This document shows positions 51,901 through 62,228 of a DNA stretch of 64,000 bases, in pieces (position 1 is the first letter of the stretch; every line of letters starts with the position of its first letter). The notes under the pieces are model-generated. The model ran no database searches. It saw nothing but the letters and a program-made list of their open reading frames with translations, and had not been told where the DNA came from. The position numbers were made by a program, and so were the translations under genes. This stretch comes from Eledone cirrhosa (taxonomy: Eukaryota), in the NCBI GenBank assembly GCA_964016885.1, contig OZ024742.1:70990001-71054000 (forward strand). The letters are read 5' to 3'.

Positions 51901-54900
51901 AAGCCAGTCATGTGTGTGTTTAGTAGACAGAAGCTGAAGAAGCCAGTCATGTGTGTGTTTAGTAGACAGAAGCTGAAGAAGCCAGTCATGTGTGTGTTTA
52001 GTAGACAGAAGCTGAAGAAGCCAGTCATGTGTGTGTTTAGTTGACAGAAACTGAAGCCAGTCATGTGTGTGTTTAGTTGACAGAAACTGAAGACGCCAGT
52101 CATGTGTGTGTTTAGTAGACAGAAACTGAAGAAGCCGGTCATGTGTGTGTTTAGTAGACAGAAAGTGAAGAAACCAGTCATGTGTGTGTTTAGTAGACAG
52201 AAAGTGAAGAAGCCAGTCATGTGTGTGTTTAGTAGACAGAAACTGAAGAAGCCAGTCATGTGTGTGTTTAGTTGACAGAAACTGAAGAAGCCAGTCATGT
52301 GTGTGTTTAGTTGACAGAAACTGAAGCCAGTCACGTGTGTGTTTAGTAGACAGAAGCTGAAGAAGCCAGTCATGTGTGTGTTTAGTAGACAGAAACTGAA
52401 GAAGCCGGTCATGTGTGTGTTTAGTAGACAGAAACTGAAGAAGCCAGTCATGTGTGTGTTTAGTAGACAGAAACTGAAGAAGCCGGTCATGTGTGTGTTT
52501 AGTAGACAGAAAGTGAAGAAACCAGTCATGTGTGTGTTTAGTAGACAGAAAGTGAAGAAACCAGTCATGTGTGTGTTTAGTAGACAGAAAGTGAAGAAGC
52601 CAGTCATGTGTGTGTTTAGTAGACAGAAACTGAAGAAGCCAGTCATGTGTGTGTTTAGTTGACAGAAACTGAAGAAGCCAGTCATGTGTGTGTTTAGTTG
52701 ACAGAAACTGAAGAAGCCGGTCATGTGTGTGTTTAGTAGACAGAAAGTGAAGAAGCCAGTCATGTGTGTGTTTAGTAGACAGAAACTGAAGAAGCCAGTC
52801 ATGTGTGTGTTTAGTAGACAGAAGCTGAAGAAGCCTGTCATGTGTATGTTTAGTTGACAGAAACTGAAGAAGCCAGTCATGTGTGTGTTTAGTAGACAGA
52901 AACTGAAGAACCCAGTCATGTGTGTGTTTAGTTGACAGAAACTGAAGAAGCCAGTCATGTGTGTGTTTAGTTGACAGAAACTGAAGAAGCCAGTCATATG
53001 TGTGTTTAGTTGACAGAAACTGAAGAAGCCAGTCATGTGTGTGTTTAGTAGACAGAAACTTAAGAACCCAGTCATGTGTGTGTTTAGTAGACAGAAGCTG
53101 AAGAAGCCAGTCATGTGTGTGTTTAGTAGACTGAAGCTGAAGAAGCCAGTCATGTGTGTGTTTAGTAGACAGAAACTAAAGAAGCCAGTCATGTGTGTGT
53201 TTAATAGACAGAAACTGAAGAAGCCAGTCATGTGTGTGTTTAGTAGACAGAAACAGAAGAAGCCAGTCATGTGTGTGTTTAGTAGACAGAAGCTGAAGAA
53301 GCCAGTCATGTGTGTGTTTAGTAGACAGAAGCTGAAGAAGCCAGTCATGTGTGTGTTTAGTAGACAGAAGCTGAAGAAGCCAGTCATATGTGTGTTTAGT
53401 AGACAGAAACTGAAGAACCCAGTCATGTGTGTGTTTAGTAGACAGAAGCTGAAGAAGCCAGTCATGTGTGTGTTTCGTCGACAGAAACTGAAGAAGCCAG
53501 TCATATGTGTGTTTAGTAGACAGAAACTGAAGAAGCCAGTCATGTGTGTGTTTAGTAGACAGAAGCTGAAGAAGCCAGTCATGTGTATGTTTAGTTGACA
53601 GAAACTGAAGAAGCCAGTCATATGTGTGTTTAGTAGACAGAAGCTGAAGAAGCCAGTCATGTGTGTGTTTAGTTGACAGAAACTGAAGAAGCCAGTCATA
53701 TGTGTGTTTAGTTGACAGAAACTGAAGAACCCAGTCATGTGTGTGTTTAGTAGACAGAAGCTGAAGAAGCCAGTCATGTGTGTGTTTAGTAGACAGAAGC
53801 TGAAGAAGCCAGTCATATGTGTGTTTAGTAGACAGAAGCTGAAGAAGCCAGTCATGTGTGTGTTTAGTTGACAGAAAGTGAAGAAGCCAGTCATATGCGT
53901 GTTTAGTAGACAGAAGCTGAAGAAGCCAGTCATGTGTGTGTTTAGTAGACAGAAACTGAAGAAGCCAGTCATGTGTGTGTTTAGTAGACAGAAGCTGAAG
54001 AAGCCAGTCATATGTGTGTTTAGTAGACAGAAACTGAAGAACCCAGTCATGTGTGTGTTTAGTAGACAGAAGCTGAAGAAGCCAGTCATGTGTGTGTTTA
54101 GTCGACAGAAACTGAAGAAGCCAGTCATATGTGTGTTTAGTAGACAGAAGCTGAAGAAGCCAGTCATGTGTGTGTTTAGTAGACAGAAACTGAAGCCAGT
54201 CATGTGTGTGTTTAATAGACAGAAACTGAAGAAGCCAATTATGTGTGTGTTTAGTAGACAGAAACTGAAGAAGCCAGTCATGTGTGTGTTTAGTTGACAG
54301 AAACTGAAGAAGCCAGTCATATGTGTGTTTAGTAGACAGAAGCTGAAGAAGCCAGTCATGTGTGTGTTTAGTTGACAGAAACTGAAGAAGCCAGTCATAT
54401 GTGTGTTTAGTTGACAGAAACTGAAGAACCCAGTCATGTGTGTGTTTAGTAGACAGAAGCTGAAGAAGCCAGTCATGTGTGTGTTTAGTAGACAGAAGCT
54501 GAAGAAGCCAGTCATATGTGTGTTTTGTAGACAGAAACTGAAGAACCCAGTCATGTGTGTGTTTAGTAGACAGAAGCTGAAGAAGCCAGTCATGTGTATG
54601 TTTAGTTGACAGAAACTGAAGAAGCCAGTCATGTGTGTGTTTAGTTGACAGAAACTGAAGCCAGTCATGTGTGTGTTTAGTAGACAGAAGCTGAAGAAGC
54701 CAGTCATATGTGTGTTTAGTAGACAGAAACTGAAGAACCCAGTCATGTGTGTGTTTAGTAGACAGAAACTGAAGAACCCAGTCATGTGTGTGTTTAGTAG
54801 ACAGAAGCTGAAGAAGCCAGTCATGTGTGTGTTTAGTAGACAGAAGCTGAAGAAGCCAGTCATGTGTGTGTTTAGTAGACTGAAGCTGAAGAAGCCAGTC

Positions 54901-56910
54901 ATGTGTGTGTTTAATAGACAGAAACTGAAGACGCCAGTCATGTGTGTGTTGAGTAGACAGAAACTGAAGAAGCCAGTCATGTGTGTGTTAAGTAGACAGA
55001 AAGTGAAGACGCCAGTCATGTGTGTGTTTAGTAGACAGAAACTGAAGAAGCCAGTCATGTGTGTGTTTAGTAGACAGAAGCTGAAGAAGCCAGTCATGTG
55101 TGTGTTTAGTAGACAGAAGCTGAAGAAGCCAGTCATGTGTGTGTTTAGTAGACAGAAACTGAAGAACCCAGTCATGTGTGTGTTTAGTAGACAGAAACTG
55201 AAGAAGCCAGTCATATGTGTGTTTAGTAGACAGAAACTGAAGAAGCCAGTCATATGTGTGTTTAGTTGACAGAAAGTGAAGAAGCCAGTCATGTGTGTGT
55301 TTAATAGACAGAAACTGAAGAAGCCAGTCATGTGTGTGTTTAGTTGACAGAAACTGAAGAAGCCAGTCATGTGTGTGTTTAGTCGACAGAAACTGAAGAA
55401 GCCAGTCATGTGTGTGTTTAGTTGACAGAAACTGAAGAAGCCAGTCATGTGTGTGTTTAATAGACAGAAACTGAAGACGCCAGTCATATGTGTGTTTAAT
55501 AGACAGAAACTGAAGAAGCCAGTCATGTGTGTGTTTAGTCGACAGAAACTGAAGAAGCCAGTCATGTGTGTGTTTAATAGACAGAAACTGAAGAAGCCAG
55601 TCATGTGTGTGTTTAATAGACAGAAACTGAAGAAGCCAGTCATGTGTGTGTTTAGTCGACAGAAACTGAAGAAGCCAGTCATGTGTGTGTTTAATAGACA
55701 GAAACTGAAGACGCCAGTCATATGTGTGTTTAGTTGACAGAAACTGAAGAAGCCAGTCATGTGCGTGTTTAGTTGACAGAAAGTGAAGAACCCAGTCATG
55801 TGTGTGTTTAGTAGACAGAAGCTGAAGAAGCCAGTCATGTGTGTGTTTAGTAGACAGAAGCTGAAGAAGCCAGTCATATGTGTGTTTAGTAGACAGAAGC
55901 TGAAGAAGCCAGTCATGTGTGTGTTTAGTAGACAGAAGCTGAAGAAGCCAGTCATATGTGTGTTTAGTAGACAGAAGCTGAAGAAGCCAGTCATGTGTGT
56001 GTTTAGTTGACAGAAAGTGAAGAACCCAGTCATGTGTGTGTTTAGTAGACAGAAGCTGAAGAAGCTAGTCATGTGTGTGTTTAGTAGACAGAAGCTGAAG
56101 AAGCCAGTCATATGTGTGTTTAGTAGACAGAAGCTGAAGAAGCCAGTCATGTGTGTGTTTAGTTGACAGAAAGTGAAGAAGCCAGTCATATGCGTGTTTA
56201 GTTGGCAGAAGCTGAAGAAGCCAGTCATATGTGTGTTTAGTAGACAGAAGCTGAAGAAGCCAGTCATGTGTGTGTTTAGTAGACAGAAACTGAAGAAGCC
56301 AGTCATGTGTGTGTTTAATAGACAGAAACTGAAGAAGCCAGTCATGTGTGTGTTTAGTAGACAGAAACTGAAGAAGCCAGTCATGTGTGTGTTAAGTAAA
56401 CAGAAAGTGAAGACGCCAGTCATGTGTATGTTTAATAGACAGAAACTGAAGACGCCAGTCATGTGTGTGTTTAGTAGACAGAAAGTGAAGACGCCAGTCA
56501 TGTGTGTGTTAAGTAGACAGAAAGTGAAGACGCCAGTCATGTGTGTGTTAAGTAGACAGAAAGTGAAGACGCCAGTCATGTGTGTGTTTAGTAGACAGAA
56601 AGTGAAGACGCCAGTCATGTGTGTGTTAAGTAGACAGAAAGTGAAGACGCCAGTCATGTGTGTGTTAAGTAGACAGAAAGTGAAGACGCCAGTCATGTGT
56701 GTGTTAAGTAGACAGAAAGTGAAGACGCCAGTCATATGTGTGTTAAGTAGACAGAAAGTGAAGACGCCAGTCATGTGTGTGTTAAGTAGACAGAAAGTGA
56801 AGACGCCAGTCATGTGTGTGTTTAGTAGACAGAAAGTGAAGACGCCAGTCATGTGTGTGTATGCTTAATAGATACAAACTGATGAAGGCAGTCATGTATG
56901 TGTGTGTGTT
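12985..56910. repeat. Giant intronic 39-bp tandem satellite, ~1,130 units, consensus TTTAGTAGACAGAARCTGAAGAAGCCAGTCATGTGTGTG
   Basis: Directly visible. 36-bp units (one GAA lost) are scattered through it, and 41-bp or degenerate units occur only at the edges. It fills the intron 12687-57030. Confidence 0.99.
13416..56852 (-). other. Uninterrupted 14,478-codon ORF, (MTGFFSFCLLNTH)n, within the satellite; coding function unproven
   Basis: From the ORF track; one unit equals 13 codons and the ORF ends coincide with the degenerate array edges. The confidence value refers to it being a real protein-coding gene. Confidence 0.1.
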
Positions 56911-57030
56911 ATTTATATTGACACCATAGCATCTGGGGCAAGATAAGTGGTAATTTATTTAATATGTAATGTTATGTTTTGTATTCTTGTTGACACTTCT
57001 TAATATTTCCAATTTCTATTTTGTTTTCAG

Positions 57031-57238
57031 TTCACCCTTTATAGAGGCTTGCAAACAATTTTCTAAATGTCAGTGTGATGTTATTGATTTGTGCACCAAA
57101 GAACTGGATCAAGCTGATTCACCCTACATAAACAAAGCAAGATTGTTGCGAGGAACTGCTCACTTTTATATGGGTGCTTTTACTGATGCTATTACTGACT
57201 TTGAGGATTTAATTCAAAGTGAAAATGTTAATAAAAAT
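57031..57238 (+). CDS. TOMM70: TOM70-like coding exon 4 in window
   Basis: ttgttttcag acceptor, gtaagt donor at 57239. AG+T completes Ser, matching the phase of the exon ending at 12686. Translates SPFIEACKQFSKCQCDVIDLCTKELDQADSPYINKARLLRGTAHFYMGAFTDAITDFEDLIQSENVNKN (TPR; compare CSKEID...ALLLRATFYLLIG). Confidence 0.88.
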
Positions 57239-57332
57239 GTAAGTTTAACATAATTACATATTTCTTTACATGTCTTGGATTTATTAGGCTAATATATGTT
57301 TTATTAGTAATATTTCAACATGGACACAGTGA

Positions 57333-57470
57333 AGTCATATGACCTTGTAGTTGAAGTGTTGGTCTCAGCATAGTAAAGGTTTGACCCCTGGAAATGGTAG
57401 CACATTGTGTCCTTGTACAAATCACTTAATTTTACATTGCTCCAGTCCACACAGTTGAAAAAAGTGAGTC
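57333..57470 (+). mobile_element. Degenerate SINE of the 11735-12060 family, opposite orientation
   Basis: ttgtgtccttgtacaaatcacttaattttacattgctccagt matches the reverse complement of ~11945-11988. Confidence 0.65.
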
Positions 57471-58227
57471 TCAGCAGTAACTGGAAATTAACCTTGTTAC
57501 AGACAGAGGCCCTGTCTATGGGGAAGTTTTGTACTGTTGATTGCTTCATAGAACATGAAACTGGGGCTAGTATCCAGCCTCATGAATTTCCGATTCAAGG
57601 ATGGCTTTTATGTGGACTGTGGACACATCAGAGTTGGATGGTTAAGAAGTCTGCTTCACAATCAAGAAACCTCATGTTTGATTCCAGCCTTATCACACAG
57701 TGCCGTGTTGAATCTTGCTGAGAATTATGTTATGAATACAAGTGTCTGTGAAATACTTAGCTATTTGCATGTTACTACAAGGGAGGCCTTTCTGTTAATC
57801 AAATAGCTGGAACACTTATTGTCAAACACTACATAGGTCCATTTATTTTTATATTTGAAGGGCTTTTTTTAAAATGTATGTTACAATATATTAATCAATA
57901 TAAGTCACAATATATCAGTCAATATAATTAAGTGAATAGTGAAATATTTATTTCTTGTTGAACTGACAGAAGCAGCAAGTGAAGTCATTAGACGATAGGA
58001 TTTAAAGTTTTTGTTCCGTCACTCTACAGTTTGAATTCAAATCTCACTAAGGTCAACTTTGCCTTTCATCCTTTCGTGGGTTGATAAAATAAAGCAACAG
58101 GCCAGGATGATGGATTGTTGGAATTGTTAGAATCTTGAATGAGATGTGTTGTAGTATTTTTTCCGGCTCTTTATGTTTTGAATTCAAATCCTGCTGTGAT
58201 CTATTTGGGTGGTAAACTTTATCTGTG

Positions 58228-58365
58228 ACCTGGTTTAACAGCACCACCTGACCTTAGGATAGATTTAACAGAGTCCTCTTTGTTTAACACCACCACTTGG
58301 CCTTAGGGTACCTTTAACAGAGTCCACTCTGTTTAACATCACCAGCTGGTGTTAAACAGAGTCCA
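58228..58365. repeat. ~49-bp tandem repeat (about 2.5 units) ending in a fold-back palindrome
   Basis: gtttaacagcaccacctgaccttagg...tttaacagagtcc is repeated; inverted arms at 58326-58362. Confidence 0.75.
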
Positions 58366-59018
58366 GTTTGAGAATACCTTCCTCCTTCACACTCAAGTCT
58401 CGGAAGCTATGTAAAGCATCATAGGATCTATCCTTTTTACTTTTAATAATAATGTATCGAATCTAATCAACTAACAATAAGCTAGATTAGAGGATTTCCA
58501 GTTTTAAAGTCATATTATTTTCCACTTTGACTTTTACCTGTGAACAACTGAAAGATATTAACAAAATATTAGATTGATGTTTACAATAATGGCCTTCATC
58601 ATCATCACTTTTTACATGTTTTCCATACTAGAATGGCATGGGTGGGATGTCAAGTTTTGAGACTATGATTGGTCAGATGGCTACATCTTGCTCATATGTT
58701 CCATTTTGTCATGATTTCTATGGCTAGATGCTCTTCCTAAATACCAAACACTTTTTCAAAGTGTATTGGGTGCATTTTATCGTGGCACTACCACTGACAA
58801 AGTGTACTAGGATCATTTTATCATGACACCAACACTCATTGTAACTGCAGAAGGATGAAGTATGTTCCATATTTTAGTGAGAACAGGAATGATCATAGCA
58901 CCAGTACTACCCCATTACAGAGTGTACTGGGTACATTTTATCATAGCACCAGCACTACCACACAAAAGAAATCTTTGTTATAAATAAATGAATATCATTG
59001 TCTTTTTTTTATATTTAG

Positions 59019-59153
59019 ATAAAAGTCAGTGCTTTGATCAAAAAAGCTAGTTGTTACAGTCAGCAAAGCATGGCTGCAGAAGCTATGGAAATGTATAGTG
59101 AAGCTGTTAACATTGACCCAGAAAATGTTGATATATATTTTCATAGAGGACAG
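59019..59153 (+). CDS. TOMM70: TOM70-like coding exon 5 in window
   Basis: tttag acceptor, gtaagt donor at 59154, 135 nt, phase 0/0. IKVSALIKKASCYSQQSMAAEAMEMYSEAVNIDPENVDIYFHRGQ (compare ALIKRGSM...IDPQNADVYHHRGQ). Confidence 0.9.
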
Positions 59154-59563
59154 GTAAGTTGCCAAGTTTATAATTTAGCTAATAATGGATAAAGAATTGA
59201 TAATTCTATTCAATAGTCTGTGTTTCATGAAGTTGAAATGAATGATTGAATGAAATGAAATTTACAGTTCAAAAGCTGGCTTCTTACAATATTACATCTC
59301 TTAGCTGGTTTCTCAGGTGTTTTAATGATAAAGGACATGGTCCTATCAGGAAAAGCAATACAAAATTAAGCATCTTGTTCAAGAAAACAACACACCACCT
59401 GGTTTAGAAATCGTATCTACCAATTTATATGAATCCAACACTAACCACTAGGCTATATGCCTTCCAATTTCATGAAGTTGAGAAGTATGATTTTACAATT
59501 TAATTAAATCACTTTACACCAAGTAGTTAGAAATAATATTTTAATTGTTATATAGTAAGCTGT

Positions 59564-59717
59564 TGTCCAGCCATATAAAGTGGTCATCATTACATTAGTT
59601 TATAGAGAGATGTCCAGCCATATGTTAAGTGGTCATCCTTGCACCAGTTTATAGAGAGATGTCCAGCTATATGTTATGTAAAGTGGTCATCCTTACACCA
59701 GTTTATAGAGAGATGTA
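59564..59717. repeat. 47-54 bp tandem repeat, 3 units, with a fourth split by a LINE insertion
   Basis: tgtccagccatat...aagtggtcatccttacaccagtttatagagaga at 59564, 59611 and 59660; it resumes at ~60364. Confidence 0.85.
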
Positions 59718-60363
59718 TAATAATAATGAAAATTACATACAGTGCTTAGGTGCACTACAACTCATCAAAGGTGCATGTATTGTACATAGAATAATGTACA
59801 AATCAGAAATGCGAACAGTTTGAGTCATGACACACGCGCGCATGCGTGTGTATGAAGGATGAATATCAGGTGTAGTGTTGGGGGATTTCAGGAAGCATGG
59901 AAGTTTTTAAGGTTGCAGTGTCCCGACAGCAGGTAGTTTGTTCCATGCTTGAAAAAATGTTTCTGAAAGTCATGGGAGCTGTACTGTTTTCTGATTTTGT
60001 AGGCATGTCCACAGGTGTTAGACATATGTAATTCAAAAAGGTGCTCAGGGTTGTTGTTGGAAAGATGGTTAATAATTTGGTGGGTGTCTACCAAGTCAGT
60101 TGCCAGACGTCAGAGCTTTAATGTATCCATGCCCAGGGAAGCAAGGTGTTCAGAGTATGGTAGATGCCTGATGGAGGGTATTCGTTTTGTTGCACGTCTC
60201 TGAACAATTTCCAGGAGATCAATGTTCTGAGGAAGATTGGGGTTCCAGACTGGTGATGCAAATTCTAAATGTGGACGCACTATAGCTATATACAGCTTTA
60301 AATAGATAGGTGGAGAGCGGTTGACAAAGGTCTTACTGAGTGATGCTAAGACACCCTCGGCCT
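59718..60363 (-). mobile_element. 5'-truncated CR1-like LINE 3' fragment
   Basis: The - strand translates LKLYIAIVRPHLEFASPVWNP...LEIVQRRATKRIP...Y...GHAYKI, typical of CR1-group ORF2 C-termini. It has a premature stop and an (ATT)n tail at ~59718-59727. Confidence 0.88.
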
Positions 60364-60989
60364 TGTAGCCATATATTATATAAAGTGGTCATTTATACCC
60401 TCAATTTGTGTACATTTTAGGGGTTTTAAAAGAAAAAAAGAAACATTTTTAATAATGTATAATAAAAAGAAAAAAGCTTTCTTTCATTTAGTTTCTACGA
60501 TTGATGAATATGTATTTGTCATCATCATCATCATTTTATGGCTGTTTTTATGTTTGTTGGCATGGGTTGGATAGTCTCACTGTCTGAAATTAGTATTTGT
60601 CAGTGGACCATGTTTTGCTTTTACATTCCATTTTGGTATGATTTCTATGACTAGATCCCCTTCCTAACACCAACTGCTTTACAGTGTGTACTAGGTGCAT
60701 TTTTTCCTGGCACCAACTCAACCACTTTACAGAGTGAACTGGGTGCATTTCGTAATGGTACTAACGCTACCACTTTACAGAGTATACTTGGTGCATTTTA
60801 TTGTGTCACCAATGTTAGTGATCATTACCCTCAGCAAAGCAGAGAGAGAGGGGCAGTAATGATGAGTTGAAAGTATGATGGAAGTGGCATACTTTGTAAT
60901 TTCTAAGTATTGTTCATATTGCTGATATTTATGAAAAACATAAACAAATGTCACCTTTTGCTCTGTATGTTTTTAATGCTGTCAGTATG

Positions 60990-61150
60990 GTGACACACAT
61001 ATACAACTGACTTCCCTAGTTTTCATTTGTCGGATTCATTCATAAAGCAGACATTGGTCAGACCAAGGCTATTGTAGAGGACACTTGCCTAAGATGCCAT
61101 GCAGTGTGATCAAACCTGACTACTAGTTGTACTTCTTAACCCCAGCCATA
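60990..61150 (-). mobile_element. Degenerate SINE of the same family as 2130-2295
   Basis: The reverse complement reads tggctggggttaagaag...cactgcatggcatcttaggcaagtgtcctctacaatagcc...gaaaactagggaagtcagttgtatatgtgtgt. Confidence 0.65.
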
Positions 61151-61584
61151 AACTCATTAATTATGTTTGTATATGTAAATGTGGTTAATTTTCATATAAT
61201 TTAATTGCCATATATTAATTCTTGTCAGATGGAATTGTTTTGTTGCAGTTTTTTATGGTAGTTTGTAACTGTAATGTTATGTTTACAAGTGGCTAATTGA
61301 GTGTTTATAGAGTTGGATAGAAAGCTCTCTGTGCTCAAATCCCACCGAGGTCATCTTTGCTTTTATTCCTTCCATGGTCTCTCTCTTGCTTTCTCTTTCT
61401 TCTCTAAAAGAGGGATGGGCTTTGCCATGTTAAAATGCCCAAACGTGCCATATATCACAATGGTGCCCCTACAACTCCATCAGGAGTTAAGTGTCTATGA
61501 TTAGAATGTTATGCCATTAGCCTATCATGCTAAAGATGTTGCAGCGTTAGCTTATTTAACACTATATTTTTATTATCTTCTCAG

Positions 61585-61690
61585 CTCCTGATGATACAAG
61601 ATCGCTGTGATGAGAGTGTTCGAGATTATGAAAAGTGTATAGAACTGGACCCAAACTTTCCTCATGCCCACGTTTACAAGTGTCTTGGAG
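61585..61690 (+). CDS. TOMM70: TOM70-like coding exon 6 in window
   Basis: cttctcag acceptor, gtatac donor at 61691. LLMIQDRCDESVRDYEKCIELDPNFPHAHVYKCLG(E), a TPR (compare EEAVADFDECIRLRP...QKCFA). Phase 0 in, phase 1 out. Confidence 0.85.
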
Positions 61691-61914
61691 GTATACAAAA
61701 CTTTTCCATTTTCATCATTGTTTTACATTGGTTTTTCCATACTGGCATGGGTCGGATGGGTCATCACAGTCTAAGACAAGACAGTTCAAATCCATGTCTT
61801 GTTCATACGTTCCATTTTCAGCATGTTTTCTACAGCTAGAGGCATTTATCAGATTCCTCTTATATGCAGCTTTTCCCTTACTTGTGCTCCTCTAGTCATA
61901 CACAATATTATGTC

Positions 61915-62228
61915 ATCATCATTTCATTTTACGTCCGCTTTTTCCCTGCTTGCAAGGGTGGGATGGGAACTGATTCTGGCTTGATTTCTACAGCTGGATG
62001 CCTTCCTAACACCAACCTCATTTACAGTGAGTGCTGAGTGCTTTTTTTTGCCGTGGCACCTCCACGTCCACTTTGCAGTGGAATGATATGGACCCCAGTC
62101 CCTATCATCTCATTTCTACAGCTGAGTAAACTGGAGCAATGTGAAATAAAGTGTCTTGCTCAAGGAAACAACACATCACCCGGTCTGAGAATTGAACTCA
62201 CAACCTTTCGATTGCAAGGCCAATGCTC
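61915..62228 (-). mobile_element. Second copy of the same SINE, lacking the extreme 5' A box
   Basis: Aligns by eye with 11735-12045 with few differences. Confidence 0.85.

Noticed and set aside
13681-56868. Many + strand (MCVFSRQKLKKPV)n ORFs and - strand (STKHTHDWLLQFL)n ORFs
   Set aside because: These are alternative frames of the 39-bp unit, repeatedly broken by common variants such as AGA>TGA and CAG>TAG.
12985-56910. CRISPR array
   Set aside because: Units are head-to-tail with no unique spacers, there are no cas genes, and the context is a eukaryotic intron.
12985-56910. Recursive splice sites in the giant intron
   Set aside because: Units read TTTAG-TAG or TTTAG-TTG, not the AG|GT ratchet motif.
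12985-56910. Centromeric or telomeric satellite
   Set aside because: There are no TTAGGG arrays, and the array is 44 kb long and embedded in a gene, so the sequence gives no support for a centromere role.
58735-60810. Repeated accactttacagagtgtactgggtgcatttt motifs (58735-58960, 60660-60810) as regulatory elements
   Set aside because: They match the tail region of the GAT-tailed SINE family seen throughout the window, so they are ordinary repeat relics.
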